From contig CAWGMK010000006.1 in NCBI GenBank assembly GCA_963823655.1, positions 32,001 through 96,000 on the forward strand: a stretch of DNA of 64,000 bases, read 5' to 3'. Below, piece after piece: positions 52,275 through 62,981 of the stretch. The notes below the pieces were generated by a model. The model did no database searches and was not told the DNA's origin. It worked only from the letters and a program-made list of their open reading frames with translations. The position numbers and the translations under genes are program-made. This DNA comes from an uncultured Bacillota bacterium (lineage in GTDB: Bacteria > Bacillota > DTU025 > MWDF01). How positions within the stretch are numbered: the stretch's first letter is position 1; each line of letters begins with the position of its first letter.

Positions 52275-53654
52275 ATGCGAAACAGGGCGGATTACGCTGA
52301 GCCTTTCCGTATTAAGACTATCGAGCCGATAAAGATGACGACGAGAGAGTACAGGGCAAAGAAGATAGCAGAGGCGAAATATAACCTCTTCGGACTAGAT
52401 TCAGATGACGTCTACATCGATTTGCTGACGGATTCCGGAACGGGCGCAATGAGCGACGCGCAATGGGCGGCGATCATGACGGGGGACGAAGCGTACGCCG
52501 GAAGCAGGAGCTATATTAAGCTGCGCGAATCTGTCAGGCATGTCTTCGGCTACGAGCACATGCTTCCTGTCCATCAGGGCAGGGGGGCAGAGCAGGTTTT
52601 CATGGCCATGATGGTCAAACCGGGCGATATAATACCCGGCAACATGCACTTCGATACGACCATCGGGCACATACTGCTCAAAGGGGGAGTGCCCCTTGAC
52701 CTGGTCGCGGCGAAGGGGTACGAGATCGAAAGCGACGATCCCTTCAAGGGCGACATAGACCTTGTCGAGCTTGAAAGGACATTATCTGAACAGGGCGAAA
52801 AGGTCCCGTTCGTATTGATGACGATAACGTGCAACTCAAACGGCGGTCAGCCGGTATCGATGGCCAACATAAAGGAGGCTTCGAGGCTGTGCCGCAAATA
52901 TGGGAAGCCGATGTTCTTCGACTGCGCCAGGTTTGCCGAGAACTCCTGCTTCATAAAGATGAGAGAGGTTGGCTATTCCGGGAAATCCATACTTGAGATC
53001 GCCCGCGAGACGTTCGGCTACGGTGACGGCTGCATGATGAGCTCCAAGAAAGACGGGCTGGTCAACATAGGCGGCCTCCTTTGCTTCAGGGATGAGGCAT
53101 TGTACAAGAGGGCTTGGGAATATGAGATACCCTATGAGGGGTTCATTACATACGGAGGCATGGCCGGAAGGGATATGGCAGCCCTTGCGCAGGGCCTTTT
53201 GGAAGTGGTCGAGTTCGACTATCTCGAAGACAGGCTTGGGCAGGTGGCCTACCTAGCCGGAATGCTCAAGGACAGAGGAGTCCCGATAATCATGCCCCCT
53301 GGCGGGCACGGAGTCTTCGTCGATGCCAAAGCATTCCTCCCTCACATACCCCAGACCCAGTTCCCGGCTCAGGCTTTGGGCGTTGAGCTGTATATCGAGG
53401 CGGGCGTACGGGGCGTTGAGCTGGGCAGTTGCGCATTCGGGCACAAAGATCCCGTAACCGGGGAAGAAGTACCGCACAAACTGGAACTATTGAGGCTTGC
53501 CATCCCCAGAAGGACCTATACCGACAGGCATATGGCGCTCGTCGCCAGGGCTTTCGAAGGTATTGCCGCAAGGAAGGACAAGATCAAAGGATATAGGATC
53601 AGCTGGCAGGCTGAGGTGCTGAGACACTTCACAGCCAAGTTCGAAATCGCATAG
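52275..53654 (+). CDS. tnaA: Tryptophanase (beta-eliminating lyase)
   Basis: EPFRIK, DLLTDSGT, SSKKD PLP lysine; FDTT and RHFT match tryptophanase rather than tyrosine phenol-lyase (FTTT, RFFT). Confidence 0.85.
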   Translation: MRNRADYAEPFRIKTIEPIKMTTREYRAKKIAEAKYNLFGLDSDDVYIDLLTDSGTGAMSDAQWAAIMTGDEAYAGSRSYIKLRESVRHVFGYEHMLPVHQGRGAEQVFMAMMVKPGDIIPGNMHFDTTIGHILLKGGVPLDLVAAKGYEIESDDPFKGDIDLVELERTLSEQGEKVPFVLMTITCNSNGGQPVSMANIKEASRLCRKYGKPMFFDCARFAENSCFIKMREVGYSGKSILEIARETFGYGDGCMMSSKKDGLVNIGGLLCFRDEALYKRAWEYEIPYEGFITYGGMAGRDMAALAQGLLEVVEFDYLEDRLGQVAYLAGMLKDRGVPIIMPPGGHGVFVDAKAFLPHIPQTQFPAQALGVELYIEAGVRGVELGSCAFGHKDPVTGEEVPHKLELLRLAIPRRTYTDRHMALVARAFEGIAARKDKIKGYRISWQAEVLRHFTAKFEIA

Positions 53655-53758
53655 GAAAGTGTACTCACAAAAATATCATAAATTGCAGGATTTCCGGGGC
53701 CGGCAAAGAATTACATAATGATACGCCCAGTATTATTTTGGGAAGGCAGGCGGAACCA

Positions 53759-55300
53759 ATGAGGAAAGTATTGCTTATTGCGCTGGCGGTAATGCTGGCT
53801 ATAGGCCTTACCGGATGCACATTAAACATCTTGCCGGCGGCGACGCTGCAAGGGCTGATTGAATTCGAGGGGCACATCGTCGCTCCCAACGTCAAGATAA
53901 CGCTGACTCCGGCCTCTGATGCGGGTACTTCGTGGATTGGCTATTCCGACGCATCAGGCAACTGGACCACCGGAAGGACGATAAGGCCTGAGGCATATGA
54001 GATCAAGTTCGAGCATGACGACGCCGACGAAGCGGTGATCATGAGCTATGTTGTCTCACTTCCCTTCAAGACCTATACCATTACCTGATGTTACACTGCC
54101 GTACTCAGCTTCGTCAGTGACCGGCATCAGCGCCTCCGGTACTGCAATCTGGGATCACGACGGAAACCCAGCCACTGCGATGGTGCCGCTTCTTGGCGTG
54201 CTCATCACCCTGGACGGGCCATCGGTGAAGAACGCATATACGGATGCCACCGGCGCATGGAAGATAAACAACCTTACGCAGGGTGAATATGATGTAGACG
54301 GCGAGAAGGATGGCTGGGCTACTGCGTCATTCAGCGGCTTGGATATAACGGGGGCATTGCCAGTTGTGTTACCGCCTCTTGTCATGATCCAGGACAAGGT
54401 GGATGTAGAAGGTTATGTATTACGAAGATGACGGAACGACACCGATAGTAGGGGCCAACGTCACTCTAACGCCCAAATATGGTGCTTACTCAATCCTTTA
54501 TGCAATTACCGACGCTTCGGGCTATTGGTACTTCAACAATATAAAAGCCGGAATGTATGCGGTGAAGGCTGAGAAGGCCGGATACGTGGCGCAGACGCGC
54601 GACCTGGACGCGATGGATTCTACCATTACGACTACGATAGCTGCGGAAGACATACTTCTTCCCGGCGATGTGGTCGGCGTGGCAGGCGCTTACGGAGAGG
54701 TAATGTGGGATCAGGATGCTGATCCGTCTACGCTTGAACCTCTAGAGGATGTGAAAGTAAGCTTCAAGCCGGACGGCGGAGAGCTGCCCGATAAGGATTA
54801 CCTTCACTGAAAGCGATGGAAGCTGGGCCGTTGCTGATTTGCCGCTTGGCTTGTACACTGTGAGCTTCGAGAAGTACGGAATGGCGACTGTGGAGCTTTC
54901 GCTGAACGCTTCTGCAGAGCTTGTTTATGAAATGGATCAGGTGGTTATGATACCTGGCCTCACGACGGAGCCTATTTCGTTGACAGGAAAAGTATATAAT
55001 ACTATCCGGTTTCCCGATAATAAGTGCAGGGTTGAGTTTGTGCCGTACTTCGATTGGGGTTACACAAGGACAATTTATACAAATGAAGAGGGCATATTCA
55101 CAATACCTAGCATGATAGCAGGTATGTACAGACATGACGATTTCGAAAGTCACCTATATACGAAACGGCATCAATTCGATGTTGACCTTTCAGTTGGCGG
55201 CGTCTCCTACGATATCGGAGTATTCGAGCTTGAACAGGATCTAGGTAGAACGGGCTTTGCAGCCGGCGGCATCAACCGCCGGCTTTTTTTATGCCCATAG
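53759..55300 (+). CDS. Lipoprotein with about five carboxypeptidase-regulatory/CnaB-like beta-sandwich repeats (several frameshifts; true stop probably near 55245)
   Basis: Lipobox LTGC; repeats YSDASGNW, YTDATGAW, ITDASGYW, FTESDGSW, YTNEEGIF, most followed by G.Y...EK.G. Confidence 0.7.
55261..55290 (+). terminator. Intrinsic terminator
   Basis: AGCCGGCGG..CCGCCGGCT followed by a T-run. Confidence 0.85.
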
Positions 55301-55405
55301 CATGCCTTACCCATTATTTGGAACCATAGCTTTTCCTGCGCTGTTCTATTAGTGCCCCTTTTCCTTTATAATCTTTCTAGATACTTCAGACAGGAGGCGA
55401 AGCTC

Positions 55406-55807
55406 TTGCATCTATCGACCATAGACAAGCTCTGCTCAGGCTGCAGGGCATGCCAGCTGGCCTGCTCGATGACGAGGAGAAGAGAAGTAAATCCCAAGAG
55501 GTCCTTCATTAGGCCCGAAGGGAGATTTCCCGCACCTGGCGACTACATCGTAAAATACTGCAACCAATGCGGTGAATGCGCCAAAGTGTGTCCTACGAAC
55601 GCCATTACGCTCACCGGTGACATCTATGAGATAGACGAGGATCTTTGCATCCAATGCGGCGCGTGCGTGGCAGCGTGCCCCTACGACGTAATGCTTCTCC
55701 TGGATGGTGAGAAGGCTATGAAATGCAATTCCTGCGGTGCGTGCGTTAAGGCCTGCCCCAGGGGCGCGGTATATGATTCGGATACTTCGAAAGGAGGGCG
55801 CTACTGA
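55406..55807 (+). CDS. 4Fe-4S polyferredoxin subunit (AOR partner)
   Basis: Four Cys clusters (CSGCRACQLAC, CNQCGECAKVCP, CIQCGACVAACP, CNSCGACVKACP). Confidence 0.9.
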   Translation: MHLSTIDKLCSGCRACQLACSMTRRREVNPKRSFIRPEGRFPAPGDYIVKYCNQCGECAKVCPTNAITLTGDIYEIDEDLCIQCGACVAACPYDVMLLLDGEKAMKCNSCGACVKACPRGAVYDSDTSKGGRY

Positions 55808-57657
55808 TGAACGGCTATGCAGGGTATGTGCTGAGAGTGAATCTAAAAACCCGTACTAGCAGCAAGGAAAAGCTTGATCCCGTGCTTGCCAAGCAGTTTA
55901 TCGGAGGCCGCGGTTTCGTCGACAAGGTGATTTTCGACGAAGTCCCGGTAGGCGCCGATCCGTTCGGGCCCAAGAACAAGGTGGCGATTGCGCCCGGTCC
56001 CATGAGCGGCATCTTCATGCCAGCTGCCGGCAAGGTGCAGTTCGGATCCCTCTCGCCTGCAACAGGCATGATAGGGGATTCCAACATGGGCGGCCATTTC
56101 GGCCCCGAGATCAAATATGCCGGCTATGACCTTTTGATTTTCGAAGACATTTCTGATTCACCCGTAGTGGTGGTCATTGATGACGATAAGGTTTCTTTCA
56201 AGGACGCGTCCCAATTATGGGGCAAGGGGTCATTCGAGGCGGAGGAGACGCTAAAGAAACAGCTGGGCGACTCTTTCCAGATAGCAAGCATAGGGCCTGC
56301 CGGCGAGAACAAGGTAGTTTTCGCATGCGTTAACCATGACTTCGGGCGACAGGCCGGAAGGACCGGAATCGGCGCCGTCCTCGGCTCCAAGAAGGTCAAG
56401 GCGATCGCTGTAAGAGGGAGCAAGAGCATACCGGTAGCAGACCCCGATGCAGTATGCAAGGTCGGCATGGACATGTTCCAGAAGTGCTTCGAAAAGCCCG
56501 GGCTTGCAGAGTGGACGCCACTAGGAACCGCCGGCGTTACGCCTTGGGTTAATGAAATCGGCGCATTCCCCACGAAGAACTTCCAGACCACCTATTTCGA
56601 CTCACACGAGAAGATAGGCGGCCAGGCGATGAGGGACAAAATCATCGTGACGGACAAGGGCTGCTTCTCCTGCCCGACGCCCTGTGGCAAGTACTCAAAG
56701 CTCAAGAAGGATGGCAAGGACGTTTACGTTGAGGGGCCCGAATATGAGACCATAGCTTTGGTGGGCGGCAACTGCATGCTCTCCGAGATAGAAGATGTCG
56801 CCTATGCCAATCGAGTTTGCGACGACCTCGGCCTGGATACTATATCGGGCGGCGCTGTCATCGCCTTCGCACTCGAGTGCTTCGACAAGGGCATCATAAC
56901 CAAAGAGCAGCTGGGCCGAGAAATCAAATGGGGAGACATCGACTCCTTCGAGTTTTTAGCAGGGATGATCGCTAAAAGGCAGGGCATGGGAGACCTTCTC
57001 GCAAACGGCGTGAGGGCAGCAGCCCTTGGGCTGGGCAAAGACAGCATACGCTTCGCAACCCAGGTGAAAGGGCTTGAGTGGAGCGGCTACGACGCCAGAT
57101 GGGCCCCTGCCATGATGATCTCATACATGACGGCAGATATCGGCGCCCATCACAACAGGTCATGGGCGATCACATTTGATGTGGCAAAGGGCCGAGATTC
57201 TTTGGACGGCAAGTCTAAAAGGGTAGTAGAGCTGCAAAGGATCAGGCCGGCGTTCGATCTGATAGGCTGCTGCAGGCTGCAGTGGGTAGAGATAGGCTTC
57301 GAGCTGGAGAACTACCATGCAATATTCGAAGCAGTCTTCGGAGAGAAGACCACATGGGCCGAGATTTACGTTGCGGCCGACCGGGTCTGGAACATGAACA
57401 GGGTGAGGGCGATGCTTGAAATCCCGGGCTTTGGCAGGCGCGACGACTATCCTCCTGCGAGATTCATGGAGGAGCCCGTGCCATCAGGACCGGCCAAGGG
57501 CAAGCTCGTAGACCGAGCCTCGTGCGACAGGCTGCTCGACGACTATTATGCAGAGCGCGGCTGGGACAAGGAAGGGCATCCCACAGAGGCCACTTTGAAG
57601 TCGCTCGGGCTGGATGACTGCGTAAAAGCCCTTAAGGCAAAGGGATTGATGCAATGA
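55807..57657 (+). CDS. aor: Tungsten-dependent aldehyde:ferredoxin oxidoreductase family
   Basis: FIGGRG, SPATG, IGPAGEN, GSKKVKAI, GPEYET, GLDTIS, YYAERGWD. Confidence 0.93.
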   Translation: MNGYAGYVLRVNLKTRTSSKEKLDPVLAKQFIGGRGFVDKVIFDEVPVGADPFGPKNKVAIAPGPMSGIFMPAAGKVQFGSLSPATGMIGDSNMGGHFGPEIKYAGYDLLIFEDISDSPVVVVIDDDKVSFKDASQLWGKGSFEAEETLKKQLGDSFQIASIGPAGENKVVFACVNHDFGRQAGRTGIGAVLGSKKVKAIAVRGSKSIPVADPDAVCKVGMDMFQKCFEKPGLAEWTPLGTAGVTPWVNEIGAFPTKNFQTTYFDSHEKIGGQAMRDKIIVTDKGCFSCPTPCGKYSKLKKDGKDVYVEGPEYETIALVGGNCMLSEIEDVAYANRVCDDLGLDTISGGAVIAFALECFDKGIITKEQLGREIKWGDIDSFEFLAGMIAKRQGMGDLLANGVRAAALGLGKDSIRFATQVKGLEWSGYDARWAPAMMISYMTADIGAHHNRSWAITFDVAKGRDSLDGKSKRVVELQRIRPAFDLIGCCRLQWVEIGFELENYHAIFEAVFGEKTTWAEIYVAADRVWNMNRVRAMLEIPGFGRRDDYPPARFMEEPVPSGPAKGKLVDRASCDRLLDDYYAERGWDKEGHPTEATLKSLGLDDCVKALKAKGLMQ

Positions 57658-57890
57658 GAATCAGCGTCAAGGTAATGGGCCACGCCGCGGAGTACTACCC
57701 GGCGGACAAACGTACCGCCTGGACGTATGAGGGGCACGAGGGAGAGAGCATTAAAGACATGCTCTCGAACTCCGGCATAAAAAGCGAACTAGTGATGAAT
57801 GTCGCCTGCAAAGGCAGAGTGATACCGAAGGACAGCAGGCTGGAAGACGGCATGGAGCTGATTTTGTTTACACCGGTATCCGGAGGTTGA
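57654..57890 (+). CDS. MoaD/ThiS-family sulfur carrier
   Basis: 78 aa ending PVSGG; directly after aor. Confidence 0.85.
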   Translation: MRISVKVMGHAAEYYPADKRTAWTYEGHEGESIKDMLSNSGIKSELVMNVACKGRVIPKDSRLEDGMELILFTPVSGG

Positions 57891-60286
57891 TTTTGCCCGA
57901 AACAAGAGCCGAAAAGGCAGCTACGAATATCGAAGGGATCCAGATGGCCGCAACGGCTGCCCCGGGGTCCCTTCTTACCCATACCGAAGACGGCATAAAG
58001 TACAGGGGCTTTACTCTTGACCCGTTCCAGGCCCTGGCGATATCCCATATAGACCACGGAAGCTCCGTCATCGTCTCGGCACCTACTGGCGTGGGCAAGA
58101 CGCTCATCGCCGACTACCTGATCGAAAAGATGTTCAGGCAGGGCCACAGGGTGGTTTACACAGCACCGATCAAAGCCCTGTCGAACCAGAAGTTCAAGGA
58201 GTTCAAGAGGCTGCTGGGGCCCGAAAATGTGGGCATAGTCACCGGCGATGTTGTCATAAACTCGCTGGCCCCTGTGCTCATCATGACTACCGAGGTCTTC
58301 AGGAACATTCTGCATCTTTCGCCTCAGGATCTGACCGGCGTAACCCATGCGATCTTCGACGAGATCCATTACCTCGGAGATGAGGAGAGGGGAACAGTCT
58401 GGGAGGAGTCCATTATCTTCATGCCCGAGGATATGAGGCTGCTTGGCTTGTCCGCAACCATTCCGAATGCTTCTGAGCTCGCTGACTGGATTGCCTCGGT
58501 GAAGAAGCATGATGTGAAAGTTGTAAGGCATACAAAGAGGGCCGTGCCTCTTAAGCATATGGTCTTCGAGCGCGACTTCGGCGAGGGCACACTTGCCGAG
58601 TACTTCGACTTCAGGGCGAAGCAGGACGCTGAGGCAATGTCCCTCGGCCTTACTGACGAGCCCTTCGATGACGATGGGGTCCGGACAAGGAAGAAGCCCA
58701 CCACGCACAGGGACCTTGTAAGGCATCTGATCAAGCTGGACAGGCTGCCCTGCCTCTACTTCGTCTTCAGCCGTAAAGGGTGCGAGGAAAGGGCACAGGA
58801 TCTGATGCGAAGCATCGACCTTCTCGACAAGAAGGAAAAAGAGCTTGTGGACGAGGTTTTCGACAGGAAGCTTGAGGGGCTTGGCCTCGACTCGATGGCA
58901 AGCGTCCAGGCCATGAGAAGGTGCGCGAAGCGCGGTGTCGCTTGGCATCACGCAGGTCTTTTGCCGGCGCTCAAGGAGATTGTCGAGGAGCTTTTCGAAA
59001 CCAGGCTGGTAAAGGTGCTCTTTGCGACTGAGACGTTCGCCGTTGGCATAAACTTCCCGGTGCGCACAGTATGCTTCGATTCCATGCGCAAATTCACAGG
59101 TGTAGACTTCAGGCCGATGAGGATGCAGGAGTACTTCCAGATGGCAGGCAGGGCCGGGCGCCGCGGCATAGATACGCTCGGTTTCGTGTATGTGCTTCTA
59201 GATGCTGCAACCTTCAGGATGGATGATTATCCGAGCATCGACGAATCCAGGCTTGAGCCGCTAAGAAGCAGGTTCACGCTCTCCTACAACACAGCTTTGA
59301 ACCTGCTGGACGGACGTACTCCGGAGGAGATAGATACGGTCCTCAGGCACAATTTCGCAAGCTACCAGAACGACAACCAGAAAGCCTCCATTAGAGGCGA
59401 GCTGGACAAGCTCCGCACGTCCGACGAGGAGCTCATGGCGACCGCTTGCAAGGACTTCGGCACTGCATCATGCCCTGTATATCAGTCTATGCTCAAAGAA
59501 GAGCTGGCAGGCTCCATGAAGAAGATCAGGCGCGCAAGGAAGAACCAGAAGGAGAAGAAGGCGCAACTTCTGGCAAGAGTCCAGGACATCAGGGCGAAGC
59601 TTGCCGAGAAATCACCGATAGACTGCCCGAAGGGCAAGCGCAGGGACTGCAGGAACCTGCTTTCGAGAAGGACGGTCCTCTCATCCAAAGTCGACGAGCT
59701 GCAGGCGAGGCTTATGACAATGGCCCCTGACGAGAAGTTCGTTAAGGCCTTCGACAAGAGGATAAGGGTGCTTGAGGAGCTCGACTTCGTAGAGAAAAGG
59801 AAGCTTACGCCAAGAGGGCACATGGCTAAGGAGATACATACACAGGAGCTTTTGAGCACCGAGTTGGTCTTCTCGGGGATGCTGCATTCTGCCACGGTTC
59901 CAGAGGCCGTCTCGCTTCTCATCTGCGTAGATTACGAGCCCAGGCGGGGCGAAATGCCCGTCAGGAAAGTGCCCTTCGACATCAAGTACATATATGAGCT
60001 GATTGGGAGGATAGTCGAAATCGAGGAAAGGCACGTCGGGGCAAGCCAGATAAACTTCTTCACCGGGATGTCGGACCTTGCCTACAGATGGAGCAGCGGT
60101 GCTGAGTTTCCCGACCTTGTGAAGTCTTCAGGATACGCAGAGGGCGACATAGTCCATTCTTTCAGAAGGACGATTGACCTGATTAGGCAGATAAGGTCTG
60201 CTAATAGGGCGGACGAGCTGCTATCAGGCAAGCTCAAGGAGTGCATGAACAGCCTCGATAGGGGAGTCGTGGAAGTGGTCCTCTAG
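57887..60286 (+). CDS. Ski2-like DExH RNA helicase (HelY type)
   Basis: APTGVGKT, PIKALSNQK, DEIH, SAT, QMAGRAGRRG, DSHCT-like EGDIV..FRR..DLIRQI. Confidence 0.9.
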   Translation: MILPETRAEKAATNIEGIQMAATAAPGSLLTHTEDGIKYRGFTLDPFQALAISHIDHGSSVIVSAPTGVGKTLIADYLIEKMFRQGHRVVYTAPIKALSNQKFKEFKRLLGPENVGIVTGDVVINSLAPVLIMTTEVFRNILHLSPQDLTGVTHAIFDEIHYLGDEERGTVWEESIIFMPEDMRLLGLSATIPNASELADWIASVKKHDVKVVRHTKRAVPLKHMVFERDFGEGTLAEYFDFRAKQDAEAMSLGLTDEPFDDDGVRTRKKPTTHRDLVRHLIKLDRLPCLYFVFSRKGCEERAQDLMRSIDLLDKKEKELVDEVFDRKLEGLGLDSMASVQAMRRCAKRGVAWHHAGLLPALKEIVEELFETRLVKVLFATETFAVGINFPVRTVCFDSMRKFTGVDFRPMRMQEYFQMAGRAGRRGIDTLGFVYVLLDAATFRMDDYPSIDESRLEPLRSRFTLSYNTALNLLDGRTPEEIDTVLRHNFASYQNDNQKASIRGELDKLRTSDEELMATACKDFGTASCPVYQSMLKEELAGSMKKIRRARKNQKEKKAQLLARVQDIRAKLAEKSPIDCPKGKRRDCRNLLSRRTVLSSKVDELQARLMTMAPDEKFVKAFDKRIRVLEELDFVEKRKLTPRGHMAKEIHTQELLSTELVFSGMLHSATVPEAVSLLICVDYEPRRGEMPVRKVPFDIKYIYELIGRIVEIEERHVGASQINFFTGMSDLAYRWSSGAEFPDLVKSSGYAEGDIVHSFRRTIDLIRQIRSANRADELLSGKLKECMNSLDRGVVEVVL

Positions 60287-60314
60287 CTGGAAATACTTGA
60301 TATTGCGGTAAACT

Positions 60315-60341
60315 GCCCCCCGGGAAACGGGGGGCGTTCTT
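60315..60341 (+). terminator. Intrinsic terminator
   Basis: GCCCCCCG-ggaaa-CGGGGGGC followed by GTTCTT. Confidence 0.75.
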
Positions 60342-60429
60342 ATATATGAACATTGCGTTACAAATGGAGGAAATGCGAAAAACTCGGAGAAATCATATTG
60401 TGTAAAAAATCTCTAAGGAGGGAAAATGT

Positions 60430-61014
60430 ATGGAAAACAAGATAGTACCCCGTTGGGAGTGGAGGACGTTCGGAGCTGACTTCCCGGCCGATGAGAAGAG
60501 GATCAAGACCTATGGCGAGCCTGCTCCAAGAAAGAGCGAGGAAGCCTACATACTTTCAAGGAACAGCAATGAAAACACCAAAATCAGGGAGGGCCTGATG
60601 GACATCAAGTCCTTGCAGGCCGTAAACGACGACAAGCTGGAGCAGTGGAAGCCGATTATGAAGGAGGCATTCCCTCTTAATCAGGAGAAGCTGCTGAAGC
60701 TGTTCGCCATCTTCAAAGCCGAGCCGCCGAAGTTCGCAAGAGCCGAGTATACCTATGAGCAGTTCCTGGACGAGCTGATAAAGCCCAACCGCGACTTGAA
60801 GGTCGTGGACGTGAAGAAGGAAAGGTACGGCTACACGATAAACGAGACGACAGTCGAGTTCGCCATGACTTGGTTTAACGGCGTCCCGCTTAAGACTTTC
60901 TGCGTGGAACACGCCGATCCGGCGCTTGTTATGAAAACCGTAAAGGAGCTAGGACTTGCGGGATACCCAAATATCAACTACATAAAGGCTATGAAGAAGA
61001 CAGTAGGCCTATAG
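60430..61014 (+). CDS. CYTH-like (triphosphate tunnel) protein
   Basis: WEWRTF, E.YIL, KIR, DIK, KKER, VE..CVE and NY fall in the order of the CYTH conserved residues. Confidence 0.6.
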   Translation: MENKIVPRWEWRTFGADFPADEKRIKTYGEPAPRKSEEAYILSRNSNENTKIREGLMDIKSLQAVNDDKLEQWKPIMKEAFPLNQEKLLKLFAIFKAEPPKFARAEYTYEQFLDELIKPNRDLKVVDVKKERYGYTINETTVEFAMTWFNGVPLKTFCVEHADPALVMKTVKELGLAGYPNINYIKAMKKTVGL

Positions 61015-61040
61015 CTGGCATCTATTCAGGAGGTAACAAA

Positions 61041-61961
61041 ATGGACAGGAAGGCCGTCATAGATATCGGAACCAACTCTGTGAAGTTCATCCTTGCCGAG
61101 ATGGGCAAAGGCGGCCAGTTCAAGGCCGTAATGGACAAGAACAACATTGCAAAGCTAGGAGAAGGCTTGAAAGAGACCGGCCTTATCAGCCCGGAGGCTA
61201 TGAAAAGAAACTGCGATGCCATCAAGGAATTCGCGGATACAGCCAGGGCGGAGGGAGCAAAGGAGATCTTTGCCGTCGGAACGATGGCATTGAGGACTGC
61301 AAAGAACTCTGCCGAGTTCCTCGCGATGGTAAAGCATGCTGCCGATGTAAGCATCAGGATCATCCCGGGGGATGAGGAGGCCAGGTACTCATATCTGGCA
61401 GTCGTTTCCGGCATAGACCTTGGCCAGGGCAAGCTGGTCATAATTGACACAGGCGGAGGCAGCACGGAGTTCGTGTTCGGTGCCGGAGATGCGCTTGGCA
61501 GAAGGTTCAGCCTTGAGCTTGGCGCCATCAGGATTACCGAGGAATTCCTCAAAGCCGACCCTGTGGGCGTACATGGCATTGACCCTGCTATGAAGTACAT
61601 AGACAAGTACCTTGCGGACAACGGTGTCAATGAGAAGGCGGACAAGCTCGTAGGCATGGGCGGGGGCATAACAAGCATGGCTTCCGTGATGTTCAAAATG
61701 GTCGAATATGACCCAGACAAAGTACAGGGTTGCTTCCTAAGCCTTAAGGAAGTCGAAAAGCAGATCGCCGATTACAGCGTGAAGACCATAGAAGAGCGCA
61801 GAGGCATAGTCGGATTGCAACCTAAAAGGGCGGACGTCATATTGGCCAGCGCGCTCATAGTAAAGGCCATAATGGTGAGGCTTGGAGTAGACGGGCTTAC
61901 GGTAAGCGACAGGGGCCTAAGGCACGGCCTTCTTTACGATGTAGGCAAGGGCAGCAAATGA
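61041..61961 (+). CDS. Ppx/GppA-family phosphatase (short form)
   Basis: IDIGTNSV, GDEEA, DTGGGSTE, RADVI, GLRHG. Confidence 0.92.
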   Translation: MDRKAVIDIGTNSVKFILAEMGKGGQFKAVMDKNNIAKLGEGLKETGLISPEAMKRNCDAIKEFADTARAEGAKEIFAVGTMALRTAKNSAEFLAMVKHAADVSIRIIPGDEEARYSYLAVVSGIDLGQGKLVIIDTGGGSTEFVFGAGDALGRRFSLELGAIRITEEFLKADPVGVHGIDPAMKYIDKYLADNGVNEKADKLVGMGGGITSMASVMFKMVEYDPDKVQGCFLSLKEVEKQIADYSVKTIEERRGIVGLQPKRADVILASALIVKAIMVRLGVDGLTVSDRGLRHGLLYDVGKGSK

Positions 61962-62004
61962 ATAAAAGGAGTTTTCCTATTTCAATATTGAGGGGGTTGT
62001 CTGG

Positions 62005-62970
62005 ATGAAAGTCAGAAAATTGGCGCTTCTCATGGTAATGGTTCTGGCATTCTCGTCGCTTGCCCTCGGGGTAAGTGCGGCAGATTTTCCGACGAAACCG
62101 ATTAGGATCGTAAACTACGTTGCGGCAGGCGGAGTCATGGACATAACGACCAGGAAGTTCGTCGAAGTCGCCGCCAAATATACTAAAGCCACATTTGTGG
62201 TCGAGAATAAGACCGGTGCCGGCGGGCTGATAGGCATGGAGTACGTTCTTGAAGCTCCAGCTGACGGCTATACCATATTCGCAGCGACTGGTTCTAACAT
62301 CATAAGCATCGTTTCCACACAGGCCGATGTTAACAAGTACGTCTGGGGTTTCCAGTGGGTATCAATGCTTATGAGAGACCCTGAATGCGTCATCACCAGC
62401 ACAAAGCAGACGATAAATACCATGGCAGACGTATTTAAGGACGGTATGGCCAAGAAGGGCAATCAGATATGGGTTGGCCCCTCGACCGGCGGCAATGACC
62501 ATCTAGTAGCCCTCAAGATTTGGGATAAGGCCGGAATGAAGGCAAAGTGGGTGCCATTCGAGAGCGGACCGGCGGCGATGGTAGCGCTCATGGGAGGCCA
62601 GGGTGTTGCATATGTAGGAAACCCCGCTGATATTTCGGGAAGGCCCGATCTGAAGATTGCGGCGGTATGTGCGCCAGCAAGGCTGAAGCAGTTCCCGGAT
62701 GTCCCGACTTTCAAGGAACTGGGCATAGAAGGCCTTGAGGATGAGATCATGTGGAGAGGTTATGCGGTCAAGAAGGGAACGCCGAAAGAGGCCATAACAT
62801 GGCTGCAGGATCTTGTGGACAAGGTATATGCGGACCCGGAGTGGGTGAAGTTCTTCTACGACCAGGCGATAGACGTCACAAATTACAGGGAAGATCGCTT
62901 CACCAACATAATCAAGATGAACATATCGGACTCCACTGCCTACTTGAAGGCTGAGGGCCTGATAAAGTAG
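62005..62970 (+). CDS. tctC: Tripartite tricarboxylate transporter receptor (Bug/TctC)
   Basis: FPTKPI, AAGG, VENKTGAGG, ADGYT, PDVPTFKELG, WRG. Confidence 0.9.
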   Translation: MKVRKLALLMVMVLAFSSLALGVSAADFPTKPIRIVNYVAAGGVMDITTRKFVEVAAKYTKATFVVENKTGAGGLIGMEYVLEAPADGYTIFAATGSNIISIVSTQADVNKYVWGFQWVSMLMRDPECVITSTKQTINTMADVFKDGMAKKGNQIWVGPSTGGNDHLVALKIWDKAGMKAKWVPFESGPAAMVALMGGQGVAYVGNPADISGRPDLKIAAVCAPARLKQFPDVPTFKELGIEGLEDEIMWRGYAVKKGTPKEAITWLQDLVDKVYADPEWVKFFYDQAIDVTNYREDRFTNIIKMNISDSTAYLKAEGLIK

Positions 62971-62981
62971 CGGCAAAGTCC

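Noticed and set aside
52275-53654. Tyrosine phenol-lyase assignment
   Set aside because: Diagnostic FDTT and RHFT residues favour tryptophanase
57695-58951. 418-aa antisense ORF over the helicase
   Set aside because: Same shadow-frame artefact
57654-60286. Ubiquitin-like protein plus helicase as an antiphage system
   Set aside because: No E1/E2/JAB or nuclease genes; MoaD is explained by the adjacent AOR
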